64,000 nt of DNA, taken from Endomicrobiales bacterium (GTDB lineage: Bacteria; Elusimicrobiota; Endomicrobiia; Endomicrobiales; CAWCFT01). Under the pieces are notes generated by a model that searched no databases, was not told the origin of the DNA, and worked only from the letters and a program-made list of their open reading frames with translations. A program made the translations under genes and the position numbers. Where the stretch lies: assembly GCA_963794945.1 (NCBI GenBank), contig CAWCFT010000018.1, positions 3,479 through 67,478 on the forward strand, written 5' to 3'. Below, in pieces: positions 1 through 9,450 of this stretch. Position 1 is the first letter of the stretch; each line of letters starts with the position of its first letter.

Positions 1-773
1 GCGCTGGCGGCAGGCTTATAAACTACGGATTCAATATAGGCTCCAACCACATTCCTGAACTCGGCGCTCACGCGTTTTATGGTAACAGGCTGCAGTCCGG
101 TGTAAGTTGCTATGCCGTTTTCTATATTTAACCGTATTCCGGGGATCGAATTCTGAATATCGTCCGCTGTTGCTAAATAGAACTCCTTACAATTACTTTT
201 AACGGTAAATTTGTCGCCATTTTTAACTGTTATGGGTTTATTCAAGTCATACCAGATCGCATGCCATCCGGCGCCGCTGGCTTCACCGAGAAACGAATTG
301 CTTGTCAGGTCAGTTTCTCTTGAAACTTGGGGTGCCGTTGTCGTTACAGTTGGTTTATTTACATTTCCCTGCTGAGCCTGATCACTTTTTTTCTGCGTGT
401 CTTCTGATGAAATGATCGATGCGCCTTTCACCCAGCTAACCGCAACATCATCTATCTTGTACGTTGAAGGCATGAAAAGCCTGAAAGGGTTGGTGAACGG
501 ATAGTTTTTGAACAGATATAACAGCTGGTCCCAGGCCGTGCTTGCAAGCGCGGAGAATGTTTTCGGCATTGCCCACCAGCCCCATTCGGTATTGGTCTTT
601 ATGGTAGTTTTTGAAGTTGAATACGGGCTTAAACCATCCGGAAAACGTTGTTTGTCAAGGGATGCCTGCATTGAACCGGCATATTTTTTAAGCTCCGCGC
701 TCTGCTGGCTTTTACCAATGCTGTTGAGGTAATCCGCGGTTTTTATCAGTCCGCTACCCAGAACCTGCTCCAC
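1..773 (-). CDS. Giant gene A, last visible segment. The frame is open to the left window edge. Covers the end of a six-hairpin-like domain plus a beta-rich C-terminal region.
   Basis: My own minus-strand translation has no stop from 773 down to 1 (..QVLGSGLIKTADYLNSIGKSQQSAELKKYAG..TEWGWWAMPKTFSALASTAWDQLLYLFKNYPF..GWHAIWYDLNKPITVKNGDKFTVKSN..). It is missing from the ORF track because it has no in-window start or end. It continues 746..1252 after a frame change near 750-773. Confidence 0.6.
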   Translation of the reverse strand, partial: MEQVLGSGLIKTADYLNSIGKSQQSAELKKYAGSMQASLDKQRFPDGLSPYSTSKTTIKTNTEWGWWAMPKTFSALASTAWDQLLYLFKNYPFTNPFRLFMPSTYKIDDVAVSWVKGASIISSEDTQKKSDQAQQGNVNKPTVTTTAPQVSRETDLTSNSFLGEASGAGWHAIWYDLNKPITVKNGDKFTVKSNCKEFYLATADDIQNSIPGIRLNIENGIATYTGLQPVTIKRVSAEFRNVVGAYIESVVYKPAAS

Positions 774-1252
774 TCAAAACTGCCTACTCCTCTTTGAGCG
801 GATTCCTGGCTGAAACTCATCTCAACGATGTTCTTCTGGCTGTCAAAAACGCCGAAATTATCAATAGAATTCTTTACAAGGTTATATATGAAACCTTCGC
901 CGTACATTTCGTCCAGGGTTTGAAGGTTCGAATAATTGCCATCGCCGCGGTCGGTGCCTAGTATAAGCCAAGCAATAACATCAGAAGCCGAGGCTTTGCC
1001 CATCTGCCACTGGCTTCCGGTGAATTCATACCCCTGAACTATGACCGGTTTTGTCTTGTCGCCGTTCTGAAACGTGACTGTTTTATTGAACAGGAACTTC
1101 TCCGCCGCAATAGCTGCGGCTTTATACCTTGCGTCACCCGTAATGCTGTACAGGTTCCACATACGCGTGGCAAACTCCACGTTCTCAACCGAAACCACAG
1201 TATAATAATAAGCCGCATTCCCGCCAGGATGCCACTGCCCTTTAGGCCCCAT
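746..1252 (-). CDS. Giant gene A segment (six-hairpin glycosidase-like region, middle part)
   Basis: 168-aa ORF (..GGNAAYYYTVVSVENVEFATRMWNLYSITGDARYKAAAIAAEKFL..ASDVIAWLILG..). It overlaps 1242..1703 by 11 nt. The shifted frame upstream reads ..LQMKDGPAKGAFRMGPKGQWHPGG.., continuous with the previous piece. Confidence 0.75.
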   Translation of the reverse strand: MGPKGQWHPGGNAAYYYTVVSVENVEFATRMWNLYSITGDARYKAAAIAAEKFLFNKTVTFQNGDKTKPVIVQGYEFTGSQWQMGKASASDVIAWLILGTDRGDGNYSNLQTLDEMYGEGFIYNLVKNSIDNFGVFDSQKNIVEMSFSQESAQRGVGSFEWSRFWVAD

Positions 1253-1703
1253 GCGGAACGCTCCTTTTGCGGGGCCGTCCTTTCATCTGCAGGTACAGCA
1301 TAGCGTCAGCTATCTGTCGGGCCATCTTAAGCGCTTCATCAGCAAGAGCTTTGTCAGCGGAATAGTTCTTATTGAGGTATTGGTAGGCATCCATGAAGAA
1401 GCCCATAAGCCAGGCATTCTCACCGGTTATTGCGTGCCATTGGCGCCAGTTTCTTGGCTCTCCCGTAAGGGGGTCAATTACGTTCCAGGGCCCAAGGAAC
1501 TTGAAGAAGTAGCCGTTTGAGTTATCTATTGCGGTATTCGCGGCCGCCGAGCCATAATCGAACGGATGCTCCGCGCTGCCCGGGATGTAATACGCGCGAG
1601 GCTGGCTCTGCATCTGCTGAACATAATAAACCACAGCGTCGTGGACGCGTTTATCTTTGTTATCTGAGCGCATAAGCGCTATAAGCGCAGCCAGCGGCGT
1701 CAT
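1242..1703 (-). CDS. Giant gene A segment (six-hairpin glycosidase-like region, first part)
   Basis: 153-aa ORF (..PLAALIALMRSDNKDKRVHDAVVYY..WHAITGENAWLMGFFMDAYQYL..). It overlaps the end of 1660..9153 by 44 nt, where ..GSLTYD joins ..PLAALIAL.. after a 1-nt shift. Confidence 0.75.
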   Translation of the reverse strand: MTPLAALIALMRSDNKDKRVHDAVVYYVQQMQSQPRAYYIPGSAEHPFDYGSAAANTAIDNSNGYFFKFLGPWNVIDPLTGEPRNWRQWHAITGENAWLMGFFMDAYQYLNKNYSADKALADEALKMARQIADAMLYLQMKGRPRKRSVPHGA

Positions 1704-4700
1704 AAGTTAGCGAGCCGTATTTGGCTATCACCCTCATTTCAGCGTCTGTATCATTTCTGGCGCTGAAACCAGCAAAGGCTTCAGGCTTTATACTGCCGTC
1801 AGAATTAACATACTCGGGCCTGGGAACAAAGCTTGAGGGAAGCGAACCGTTCTTTTGCGCGTCTTTCATTACGCCAAGCAGAGCTTCGTACACTTTTGAC
1901 TGCTGAGCGTCTATCTTGGGCGCATACTGGGCCTGGCCAGGCTGAACCGGCAGAGTCGCCTGAGCTGAACCCGGCCTTACTCCCAACGTAAACATTGAAA
2001 GCATGGTAAATACCAGCGCTAATACGGTTATCTTCGCTCCGGTAATAAACCTTCTCTTTTTGGCGCTTGAGTTATTTACTTCTATCTCCTGCGCGTTGCG
2101 CTGGTATACTACCATTGAAGAACCATATTTGAGATCATTGTGTTTTAACAGCTCTTCGCGGGCATCTTGGAGGCTTCTATTGTTTACTTTTGTATATTGC
2201 CGGCCTAATACAGGGTCAAAATTATAGCCTATACGGCTATCTCTAGAGTTGTCATTAAGCAGCATAAAACCACCGGTTTTAACCCAGGGCTGGACAGTGT
2301 TCAAATAACGGAAATCTTTGTCCTGGACTTCCATGGTAGCTTTTTGAATAAAAACATCCAGTTTCCCGGCCATCTCGCTGTTTAGTTCATCTCCGATATT
2401 TGTCATATCCTGGTTTACAAATATGACAAACCGTTCAACATCATCTCCGCTCAACCGGAAGGTTAACTGCGGCCTGCCTTTCTCGTCATAACCCGTGCGC
2501 ACATCTTCCTTGCGCACGCCTAGAAGCCTGAGCTGTTGTATTATATAGAGTTCAGTTAGATCTTCGAACTCGGAGAAAAAATAAAACCCGTTAGAATAAT
2601 AGTTTTGTAAATCTAAAACCTCGATCCTATGGTTCCAGGTTCTAAGTTGAACATCTAGTATTTCTTTGGACACTTTTTGCTTGTCATAAAAATAGGCCGT
2701 CTTGAAATTGGTTTCAAAATACGCGGTTAAAATATCGGGACCAGCGAACGCATAGCCAATTGTCTTGTCAGGTTTGCCCTGAGGATTAACTGTTTGGAGA
2801 AATGATCTGAAATAACTTGTCAGGTAAGGAGACATTATCTTTTTATCCGCGACCGCAAACGCCACTGAATCCATTAATTGTTTCTGCGTATAGTAGAAGG
2901 CATTGGCAGGTTTTGCTTCTAAATTAGGCGCGTTTACAGCGGGTAAATACTTTTCTGTAATTTCTTGAAGCAGGCCGCGCACATCACTGACAAGATAAAC
3001 GCCGTTTGGGTGGCGCCATGCGTGTGAAATTAAATACTGCTGCATTAAGCTCGCCAGAGCGCTGTCTTTTTTAAATGTTATAAATTGCCCTGCTGACGCG
3101 CTATTTTTATTGCCCTGGGCAATAACAATAGCGTTTTCCGGTGCGTGAAAATCCTTGGGAAATTGCGCGGCCGCCATGCCGCGGGAGCTGTAAAATACAC
3201 CGTTATCAGAAAGCAATGATATTATTTTTTCAAAAACCGGGTTAACTGTATTTTCATCAGTATAGTAAAGGGGCCCGCAGTCTTCATGAATGTAATCATA
3301 CTTGTGGTGAATAAGCGCGCGTGGGTCTTCAAAAAAGCCTAAATATTGGTTGCGTACTGCTGGTTTTGATAACACATCAAATATTTGGCAGCCCTGTTTC
3401 TGCATGCTGAAAATGAGCTTAAGCGGCATTTGGGAATCATCTCTGACAAAAAAACCGAGTAAATGCGATACGGGCGTGGCGTCAAAATTAATTCTGTTCA
3501 GTTCTCTGTTAGCTGCTGCCCCGACATATTCTCTCATACCGGGTAGAGCGGCTTTTGGATTGGCCGCGGCGAATTGTTTTAGCCAATCTATTATTTCCGA
3601 AGCTTTCATCCGCAATAAATAGCTTGGCGCGAACGGCGACAGCCCTACGGTATCTATTTCAGGGGTGTACCCAGCCGCTCTGCTTAATATGAACATATCG
3701 CTTACCGCATGCCCCGCTCCATGGCCGAGTTCGAGGATCTGCGGCTTTTGCGTATGCCCGCTATTCAACGCAAGATAGAACGCGTCTCTGGCTGTTATAT
3801 CCAGCGATCTGGTATTGTCACCGGCCAATCCGTTTAAAACGCTAAATTTATCATCTTGCGCTTGAATCGGGAAATTAATAATTATACCATCTCTACGTGC
3901 CTGGTCTATGTCAGCTTTGTAACCCGCTTCGCTTAATTCTTTAGGGCTTATCAAAGGATTTGTCGTTTTAAATGAGTTATTATCTTTGATAAACAGCGCC
4001 AGCTCGGCTATTGGCATCATTTTCCGCGTAAGGTTTATTCCGGGAATAAGCGCTGTTAACTCGGAGGTGATTTCTATCTGCGTGTTCAGTACCGCGGCTT
4101 TAATGAGGTTCTCGGCGTTTTCGATAAGGGCAAGCTCATCCGCAAGCGACGGATCGGTTTTTGTTTTTTCTTTCACGAATGAATGGTAGGTTTCTATCGG
4201 GTTTGTTATCTTGGGGTGTTGAGCTTTATAGGCATTGAATTCCTTGTTGTTTCCTTTCAATGCATCCATTTCATTTTGCTCGTGCCTGATCATCGCCCCG
4301 TGTTCGGCATCTGTCTTGAAATTTTCCCAGAAACCTTCAGAAACAAATATCTCGCCCGCGTCAGTTATAGAAGCGTAACCATAAACCCCGGGCGAAATAT
4401 ACATGCTTCCGGCTGGGTAGTTGCCCTGGTATGTTGTTACCTTTACCCCGTTGATAGTTGTTGCCGGATATTTGATGGAAGGTACTCTAACTGTTGAGAA
4501 TATTACGTTAAGCATAATTGTTTGGCATATCGCATCGGCAAGTTTTTCAGCACTTTTGATACCGGCAGCCGCCAGCGCTTCAGTGACAGCTGTGTTTATA
4601 ACCACACCCAGAGCCGGTTTCTCAAATTCTCCATTACCAGCTGTAATATTGCGCGTATTTTTCATGTCTTTAAGCTTTTCCAGCCCTTCCCTGGCAGTGT

Positions 4701-7700
4701 TTATATGCAGTTTATCTTTTAGGGTTTTTAGATCCAAAAGAAGTTTTTGCTTATATAAAACAGCGTCATCAATAGTCTCATATAACCTGTTAACTGGCAG
4801 CAAACCAAAAAATTCCAACCCATATTTAACCACCTCGTCCGGAGTTTGATTTAGAATTCCGCTTTGAGGGTATATTTTGTTATCAGCGCATAATTCCAGG
4901 GTTATAAGCACTTTACTTATCTTCTCAGCGCTGTCCAATTCATCCAAGTTTTTTGGCTCATAATGAGGATCCCTCAAGGATTTATACGCGAACTCAAACT
5001 CAGGCCTTGTAATGCCAGCTGGATCTATGCCGGAATCCTTGAGCGTTTTGTAGGCGCGTTCAAAAACTGACGGCGTCGCGCCGCTTATAAAGGCTATTCT
5101 CATTGCCTTTAAGAACGCAATTTTTGCTTCTTGCGGTATGTTAGAGTATTCAAGCGCCATAACCGCGTTGAATTTGTCGGATTTACGCGTCACTTCATAT
5201 AGCGTGGAATTATTATCATGCATCGCAGCGAAATCCCGTTCATTTATACCTGCGAATATACCCTGGTCCTTAACATAGTCCATTACCAGCTCTTTAAGCC
5301 CGATATATCCATCATTAATGTACTGCTTACCGGCCAGGACCAGGTATGCCGCACGGGCGTCTTCTCTAGGCAAAACTTCATTTAATTCGAATAAACTGAG
5401 GAATTTCCAAAATGGCGAGTCCGGGCCGTAGGCCTTTTTCTCAGGAACGCTTTCCAGGGCGCTGAGTATTACTTCCCGCGCCTCACGTGAATAAGGAAAA
5501 AGCCGATTGGATATATCGATCTGCAAACTTGTAACTATTTCCTGTTCTTCTTCACTAAGGTGGGGTTTTTTTGCAGTTTCTTTGTATATAATCTCCCGCT
5601 CGACAGTATTGCCCTCAGTTTCATCCGGCTTTGAAATTTCACGCTGCATTCCGTTCCCAGGCACAAACTTGGGAAGACTCTGCCATGAATCTTCAGGCTG
5701 TATGTCGGACTTCTCTGCAAGGTGCCGATGTAAAGTTGATTTAGGTATTGGTGTTAGTGTTTGATATTGGCTAATCCTTGCTTTCAGAACGTCTATTTTG
5801 CTCTTATGTAAAAGGTTGCCGTAAATAGTATCGATCAAAACAATAATCGTAATGGTTGTAATAAATGCAACCGCTGTCACTTTGGAAATTTGATCATCAG
5901 CCATTAGCTGTATCTGAGCTTGTTGGGAGAGCACCTCGCCGACCGCGTTAGCGCCGGTCAATGTCAACAGTGCGGCTGTCATGCCGGCCCTGAACCAGCC
6001 AGCCTGCGGCGCTGTTCCTTCTTCACCTTGGGCGGGTATAGAAGCCTCATCTTCATCATGAACTGCGGCTATTTGAGGCACATTTTCATCTTGGTTTTCC
6101 TTTAGAAACGATCCTTCATCCTGCATCGCTTTGAGGCTTTTATCATATAATTTCAATATAAAATCATTGCGCGCTTTCACCAGCTCTTCTGTGAAAGCTT
6201 TTGTAACTTCCATGGTGCCAGGCGTGAATACACCCGCGTAGGCTCTGCCTTCAAGCCCTGTGCCGGAAGGCCTTATAAGCACCCAGTACTCCGCACCGCT
6301 TTGTTTCTCTTCAAAGTAGATTTTAACGCCGTCAAGCCGGTCTACCCGCAGTATTTTACGGCCGAATATCTCGCCCGTACCTATTTGAGCTTCCAGGCCT
6401 TTCATTACTCTGCCCCAGAATTCATCCTTTTTCTTCTTAGTAATTTCTTTGGGGAAATAGATGCTTTCTGTGTCCGGTTGATAGTAGTTACCATATTTCT
6501 TGTATAAGTTCTCCAGCATCTGGCTGATAGTCAGCCCGTTCATCTTACCCCAGGCCGCCATTTCCATGAAAAGCGCCTGAGCTATCAGGCCGTCTTTATC
6601 CAGCTCCCATCCTATTCCCTTTTTATCCAGCGCCTTGCCGGCTGTTAAACCGCCGCTGCCCATTTCGAAAGCTATGGAGATATTTTCGTTCTTTAATAGT
6701 TCCTGAAACTCTTTGAAGCCTATCTTGGTGCGCTCGGCAACGGGCCCTATTTTTTCGCACATATCAGTTCCATCTGTGCAGGTGGCCAAAATGCCGCCCG
6801 TTTTCCTGATATTCTGCGTGTACCAATGCAATAGCACGCACGCTTCATAGAATTTCAGCCGGCTGCCGTGTTCATCTACAAAATACAGCCGGTCGCCGTC
6901 CCCATCCGTGGCACCGCCGCCGTCTTGTTTTTTCTTCACCACTTCATCAGAAAGATACTGTAATTGTAAGTATTTTTCTGTATTTGGCCCGCTCTCCAGC
7001 CCGCCAAAATCCGATAGCGGCTCCTCTTTCATTATATCAACAATCCCCGGAAGAATGGCATCAAATATGCCTTTTGCCCAGGGGCCCGCGGCGCCGTTTT
7101 GTGTTGTAAACGACCACGAAAACCCTTTTTCTTTGGCGGCTCTTTTTATCATATCTACATCTATGAAATCTTTCATGCGGTTGGCGGTGTACTCAATTAC
7201 TTTTGCCGTGTCCACAAATTGGAAGTTCTTGTCTTTGCTGAAATCACCTGCAAAGCGTTTGACGCCTGTACCGGTATTAATGATCTCGTTCGCGCGTTCC
7301 TGCAGGGGGACGGAGAGTTCCGTGGAGATCAGGGCTCCCTGGTACTTCCCGCCCGGGTTAAATTTGATGCCGTCATCAGACTGCGGGTTGTGCGAAGGTG
7401 TGTTGTTGAAAACACCGACTATAACGCCGTTTTCCCCAAGATCAAATATATCTTTGCCGAACCGCACCATAAGCGCGCCTATGCCCGTTGGCATGACTCC
7501 TTTGAAGAATATTACTTTAAAGCCGTTCGCCAATGCTATACGCGCCTCTTCTTCCTTGTACATCTCATTGTTAGGCCGCGGGTCGCCGCCTATGATAATG
7601 TATTTATCTTTTCCTTTGAACTCCTCCATATTACCCAATAGCTCATAGCCGCTCTGTGCCATAGCCGCCGCAACCCAGGCGCCTACCTGCTCATCGCGCC

Positions 7701-9153
7701 TGCCGCGCTGGCCTGAGGTTCCCAACTTAATAACGTCGAATTTTTTAGATACTTCGTACACCGTGCCGTCATCCGCAACCACCTTCTTATTTGGGTTAGC
7801 GTCCGCAACTTTATATGTTTTTTTTGCGATATCGGCGTAAGGCTGTTCCCATGACATCTTTTCAGTTACAGCCCTTGCCTTAAGCAATAATGTACTTAGG
7901 TCTTTTTCATTATTATTAGCCTTGATGTCATTTTCCAGAGTTGCAAGAAGTTTTTTGCGTTCCTTAAGACTATTTTTAAGTATCTCTTCCCCTTTCATTT
8001 TTGTGAAATCTTCGCTGTTGAGAGCGGTCAAATCAAGAAGAAGCTTGATCTCAAGCTCCTTGAAACGCTCATAGTAAGCGGAAAGATACCCGGCCTGTGC
8101 AGCGTTACTATTGAAACGTACTGTTTGTTTTAATTGATAAAAACATTCAAAATAACTGTTGAAATATTCATTGCACAGCTTATAGATGTCACGAACTTCT
8201 GGATATGCGAATTTTAGTACTTTATACTCCAATTTACTGCGTTCAAATTCTCCAAGAATGGTTTCGTTATTCGCTTTTTCCCAGTTGCGCAATATTCGCT
8301 CGTAGGGGGTTCCCTGGTAGATCCTCATAGTATTGAGAGGCGCAACCATTGTGGGAAGTATACCTGATTTCTGTATGAACAGAGCGTTCTCGCGCAGTTC
8401 CTGTTTGGTAACCAATGGATCGAACATTATAAAGCCAGATTGTATCTGAAGGTTATGCTTACGTAATATTTGAATAGCTTTCTGGGCTGTTTCCGGAGGT
8501 GCCCCCTTTCCAAAACGTTTCAGCTGTGATTTTGACCCCGACTCTACTCCCAAAAATACCGTTCTCAATCCGATGTCATATAACATATCCAACTCTTGTT
8601 CGATGAGCGCCTGCAATTGTGGATCCTCAACTGAAATAGCGTCTACGCGCGCATTACAGTAAAATCCAATGTCTTTCAGGTTTTCTTTTTTTAGCAGTTG
8701 TGTAAATTTTATAATGCGTTCCACATTTTCCCGGTCATTGCCTAAAAACTCTTCATCTGAAAAAATAATAGACCTTGCACCAAGGCCATAGAGCTGCCTG
8801 ATATCCGTTATCACATTTTCCACTGGCCGCTGTGTCCAGTAGCCCTTTGGATTGCCCCAGAATTGATGTACTGAGCAGAAAGTACATCTTCCCCAGGGAC
8901 ATGCCCTTCCATTTTCCACATAAACATTACCGCCAAGCTTGATGACCTTATCAATACCCGAGTAATCAGGCCGTACGTATTCTCCAAGGTCAGAAATTCT
9001 TTCCCTTTTCGTATAGATTGTCTTCCCATTTTCCAAATAGGCGATATTCCTTACATCCTGCAAGCTTCTGGTACCATTGACATATTCTACAAGGTCATGA
9101 GCGGCAAGCTCCCCTTCTCCAACTACACAAATAGCTTTGGGGTATTTTGCCAA
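1660..9153 (-). CDS. Giant gene A, main segment (2497 codons). Holds the radical-SAM core, coiled coil, phosphohexomutase, a TM pair, a methyltransferase-like region and a late TM helix.
   Basis: Uninterrupted 7.5 kb ORF. The called TTG start sits inside an open shifted frame that continues the upstream ORF. Domain motifs are listed as separate features. Confidence 0.9.
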   Translation of the reverse strand: MAKYPKAICVVGEGELAAHDLVEYVNGTRSLQDVRNIAYLENGKTIYTKRERISDLGEYVRPDYSGIDKVIKLGGNVYVENGRACPWGRCTFCSVHQFWGNPKGYWTQRPVENVITDIRQLYGLGARSIIFSDEEFLGNDRENVERIIKFTQLLKKENLKDIGFYCNARVDAISVEDPQLQALIEQELDMLYDIGLRTVFLGVESGSKSQLKRFGKGAPPETAQKAIQILRKHNLQIQSGFIMFDPLVTKQELRENALFIQKSGILPTMVAPLNTMRIYQGTPYERILRNWEKANNETILGEFERSKLEYKVLKFAYPEVRDIYKLCNEYFNSYFECFYQLKQTVRFNSNAAQAGYLSAYYERFKELEIKLLLDLTALNSEDFTKMKGEEILKNSLKERKKLLATLENDIKANNNEKDLSTLLLKARAVTEKMSWEQPYADIAKKTYKVADANPNKKVVADDGTVYEVSKKFDVIKLGTSGQRGRRDEQVGAWVAAAMAQSGYELLGNMEEFKGKDKYIIIGGDPRPNNEMYKEEEARIALANGFKVIFFKGVMPTGIGALMVRFGKDIFDLGENGVIVGVFNNTPSHNPQSDDGIKFNPGGKYQGALISTELSVPLQERANEIINTGTGVKRFAGDFSKDKNFQFVDTAKVIEYTANRMKDFIDVDMIKRAAKEKGFSWSFTTQNGAAGPWAKGIFDAILPGIVDIMKEEPLSDFGGLESGPNTEKYLQLQYLSDEVVKKKQDGGGATDGDGDRLYFVDEHGSRLKFYEACVLLHWYTQNIRKTGGILATCTDGTDMCEKIGPVAERTKIGFKEFQELLKNENISIAFEMGSGGLTAGKALDKKGIGWELDKDGLIAQALFMEMAAWGKMNGLTISQMLENLYKKYGNYYQPDTESIYFPKEITKKKKDEFWGRVMKGLEAQIGTGEIFGRKILRVDRLDGVKIYFEEKQSGAEYWVLIRPSGTGLEGRAYAGVFTPGTMEVTKAFTEELVKARNDFILKLYDKSLKAMQDEGSFLKENQDENVPQIAAVHDEDEASIPAQGEEGTAPQAGWFRAGMTAALLTLTGANAVGEVLSQQAQIQLMADDQISKVTAVAFITTITIIVLIDTIYGNLLHKSKIDVLKARISQYQTLTPIPKSTLHRHLAEKSDIQPEDSWQSLPKFVPGNGMQREISKPDETEGNTVEREIIYKETAKKPHLSEEEQEIVTSLQIDISNRLFPYSREAREVILSALESVPEKKAYGPDSPFWKFLSLFELNEVLPREDARAAYLVLAGKQYINDGYIGLKELVMDYVKDQGIFAGINERDFAAMHDNNSTLYEVTRKSDKFNAVMALEYSNIPQEAKIAFLKAMRIAFISGATPSVFERAYKTLKDSGIDPAGITRPEFEFAYKSLRDPHYEPKNLDELDSAEKISKVLITLELCADNKIYPQSGILNQTPDEVVKYGLEFFGLLPVNRLYETIDDAVLYKQKLLLDLKTLKDKLHINTAREGLEKLKDMKNTRNITAGNGEFEKPALGVVINTAVTEALAAAGIKSAEKLADAICQTIMLNVIFSTVRVPSIKYPATTINGVKVTTYQGNYPAGSMYISPGVYGYASITDAGEIFVSEGFWENFKTDAEHGAMIRHEQNEMDALKGNNKEFNAYKAQHPKITNPIETYHSFVKEKTKTDPSLADELALIENAENLIKAAVLNTQIEITSELTALIPGINLTRKMMPIAELALFIKDNNSFKTTNPLISPKELSEAGYKADIDQARRDGIIINFPIQAQDDKFSVLNGLAGDNTRSLDITARDAFYLALNSGHTQKPQILELGHGAGHAVSDMFILSRAAGYTPEIDTVGLSPFAPSYLLRMKASEIIDWLKQFAAANPKAALPGMREYVGAAANRELNRINFDATPVSHLLGFFVRDDSQMPLKLIFSMQKQGCQIFDVLSKPAVRNQYLGFFEDPRALIHHKYDYIHEDCGPLYYTDENTVNPVFEKIISLLSDNGVFYSSRGMAAAQFPKDFHAPENAIVIAQGNKNSASAGQFITFKKDSALASLMQQYLISHAWRHPNGVYLVSDVRGLLQEITEKYLPAVNAPNLEAKPANAFYYTQKQLMDSVAFAVADKKIMSPYLTSYFRSFLQTVNPQGKPDKTIGYAFAGPDILTAYFETNFKTAYFYDKQKVSKEILDVQLRTWNHRIEVLDLQNYYSNGFYFFSEFEDLTELYIIQQLRLLGVRKEDVRTGYDEKGRPQLTFRLSGDDVERFVIFVNQDMTNIGDELNSEMAGKLDVFIQKATMEVQDKDFRYLNTVQPWVKTGGFMLLNDNSRDSRIGYNFDPVLGRQYTKVNNRSLQDAREELLKHNDLKYGSSMVVYQRNAQEIEVNNSSAKKRRFITGAKITVLALVFTMLSMFTLGVRPGSAQATLPVQPGQAQYAPKIDAQQSKVYEALLGVMKDAQKNGSLPSSFVPRPEYVNSDGSIKPEAFAGFSARNDTDAEMRVIAKYGSLTYDAAGCAYSAYALR
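1984..2050 (-). other. Predicted transmembrane helix separating the enzyme-domain part of A from the glycosidase-like C-terminus
   Basis: KKRRFITGAKITVLALVFTMLSMFTLGV: a basic flank followed by about 22 hydrophobic residues. Confidence 0.6.
3180..3800 (-). other. Class I SAM-methyltransferase-like domain in A
   Basis: ILELGHGAGHAVSD (glycine-rich motif I-like), EIDTVGLSP, YDYIHEDCGPLYY, LLSDNGVFY, in the usual order for a Rossmann-fold methyltransferase. Confidence 0.45.
5815..6005 (-). other. Pair of hydrophobic (TM-like) helices in A
   Basis: GWFRAGMTAALLTLTGANAVGEVL and VTAVAFITTITIIVLIDTIYGNLL, about 20 residues apart. Confidence 0.55.
6240..7740 (-). other. alpha-D-phosphohexomutase (PGM/PMM-type) domain embedded in A
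   Basis: All four family signatures occur in order. KLGTSGQRG; active-site loop TPSHNP (7384-7401); Mg loop DGDGDR (6889-6906); EMGSGG; phosphate-binding loop RPSGTG (6256-6273). Confidence 0.85.
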
Positions 9154-9450
9154 AAGGCCATCAGTATCGAACGTAGGTATATTTTTCCCCCAGAACTAGA
9201 AGCGGCATCTCTTCCGCAAACAGGCGCTCAAACAATTGCAGAATTAACTCGTCTAAAGACTGTGTTGCCCCAATCGGAACGGAAAAGCCCAATATCTTGG
9301 GCCTTATTTCTGCGATCCGGTCAGCTAACTGTGCGTATTCTCCCGCGTTCATTGTTTGAGTATCAAAAAGATGCGGTGCAACTGAAGGGAAAGCGTGTTT
9401 AAGATATCCAACAAGAGAATATAGGCCTGATGGGGAATGGATAATATCCG
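8160..9450 (-). other. B12-binding-like domain plus radical-SAM core in A (split by the 9153/9161 frame break)
   Basis: ..PKILGFSVPIGATQSLDELI..MPLLVLG | (shifted frame) GKNIPTFDTDGLLAKYPKAICVVGEGE.. This is followed by the Cys cluster ACPWGRCTFCS (8875-8901; CX4CX2C rather than the canonical CX3CX2C) and ..VFLGVESGS..GFIMFDP. Confidence 0.6.

Larger units (their letters stand above)
470..1900 (-). other. Six-hairpin (alpha/alpha)6 glycosidase-like domain of A (approximate bounds; spans 3 frame breaks)
   Basis: Motif pattern typical of (alpha/alpha)6 toroid glycosidases: TYD..LAALIAL, ITGENAWLMGFF, SVENVEFATRMWNLYSITGD..Y..AA, SDVIAWLILG, ALASTAWDQLLYL. Assigned by eye only. Confidence 0.45.

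Noticed and set aside
6908-7648. Many 60-250 aa ORFs antisense to, or out of frame with, the giant genes. Examples: 6908..7648 (+), 7099..7641 (+), 4421..4849 (+), 33519..34013 (-), 42382..42828 (-), 34771..35202 (-) and 508..732 (+).
   Set aside because: They lie entirely inside long ORFs with strong domain content on the other strand or frame. Their composition is low-complexity or Cys/Ser/Leu-rich, as is typical of shadow ORFs, and they show no recognisable motifs.
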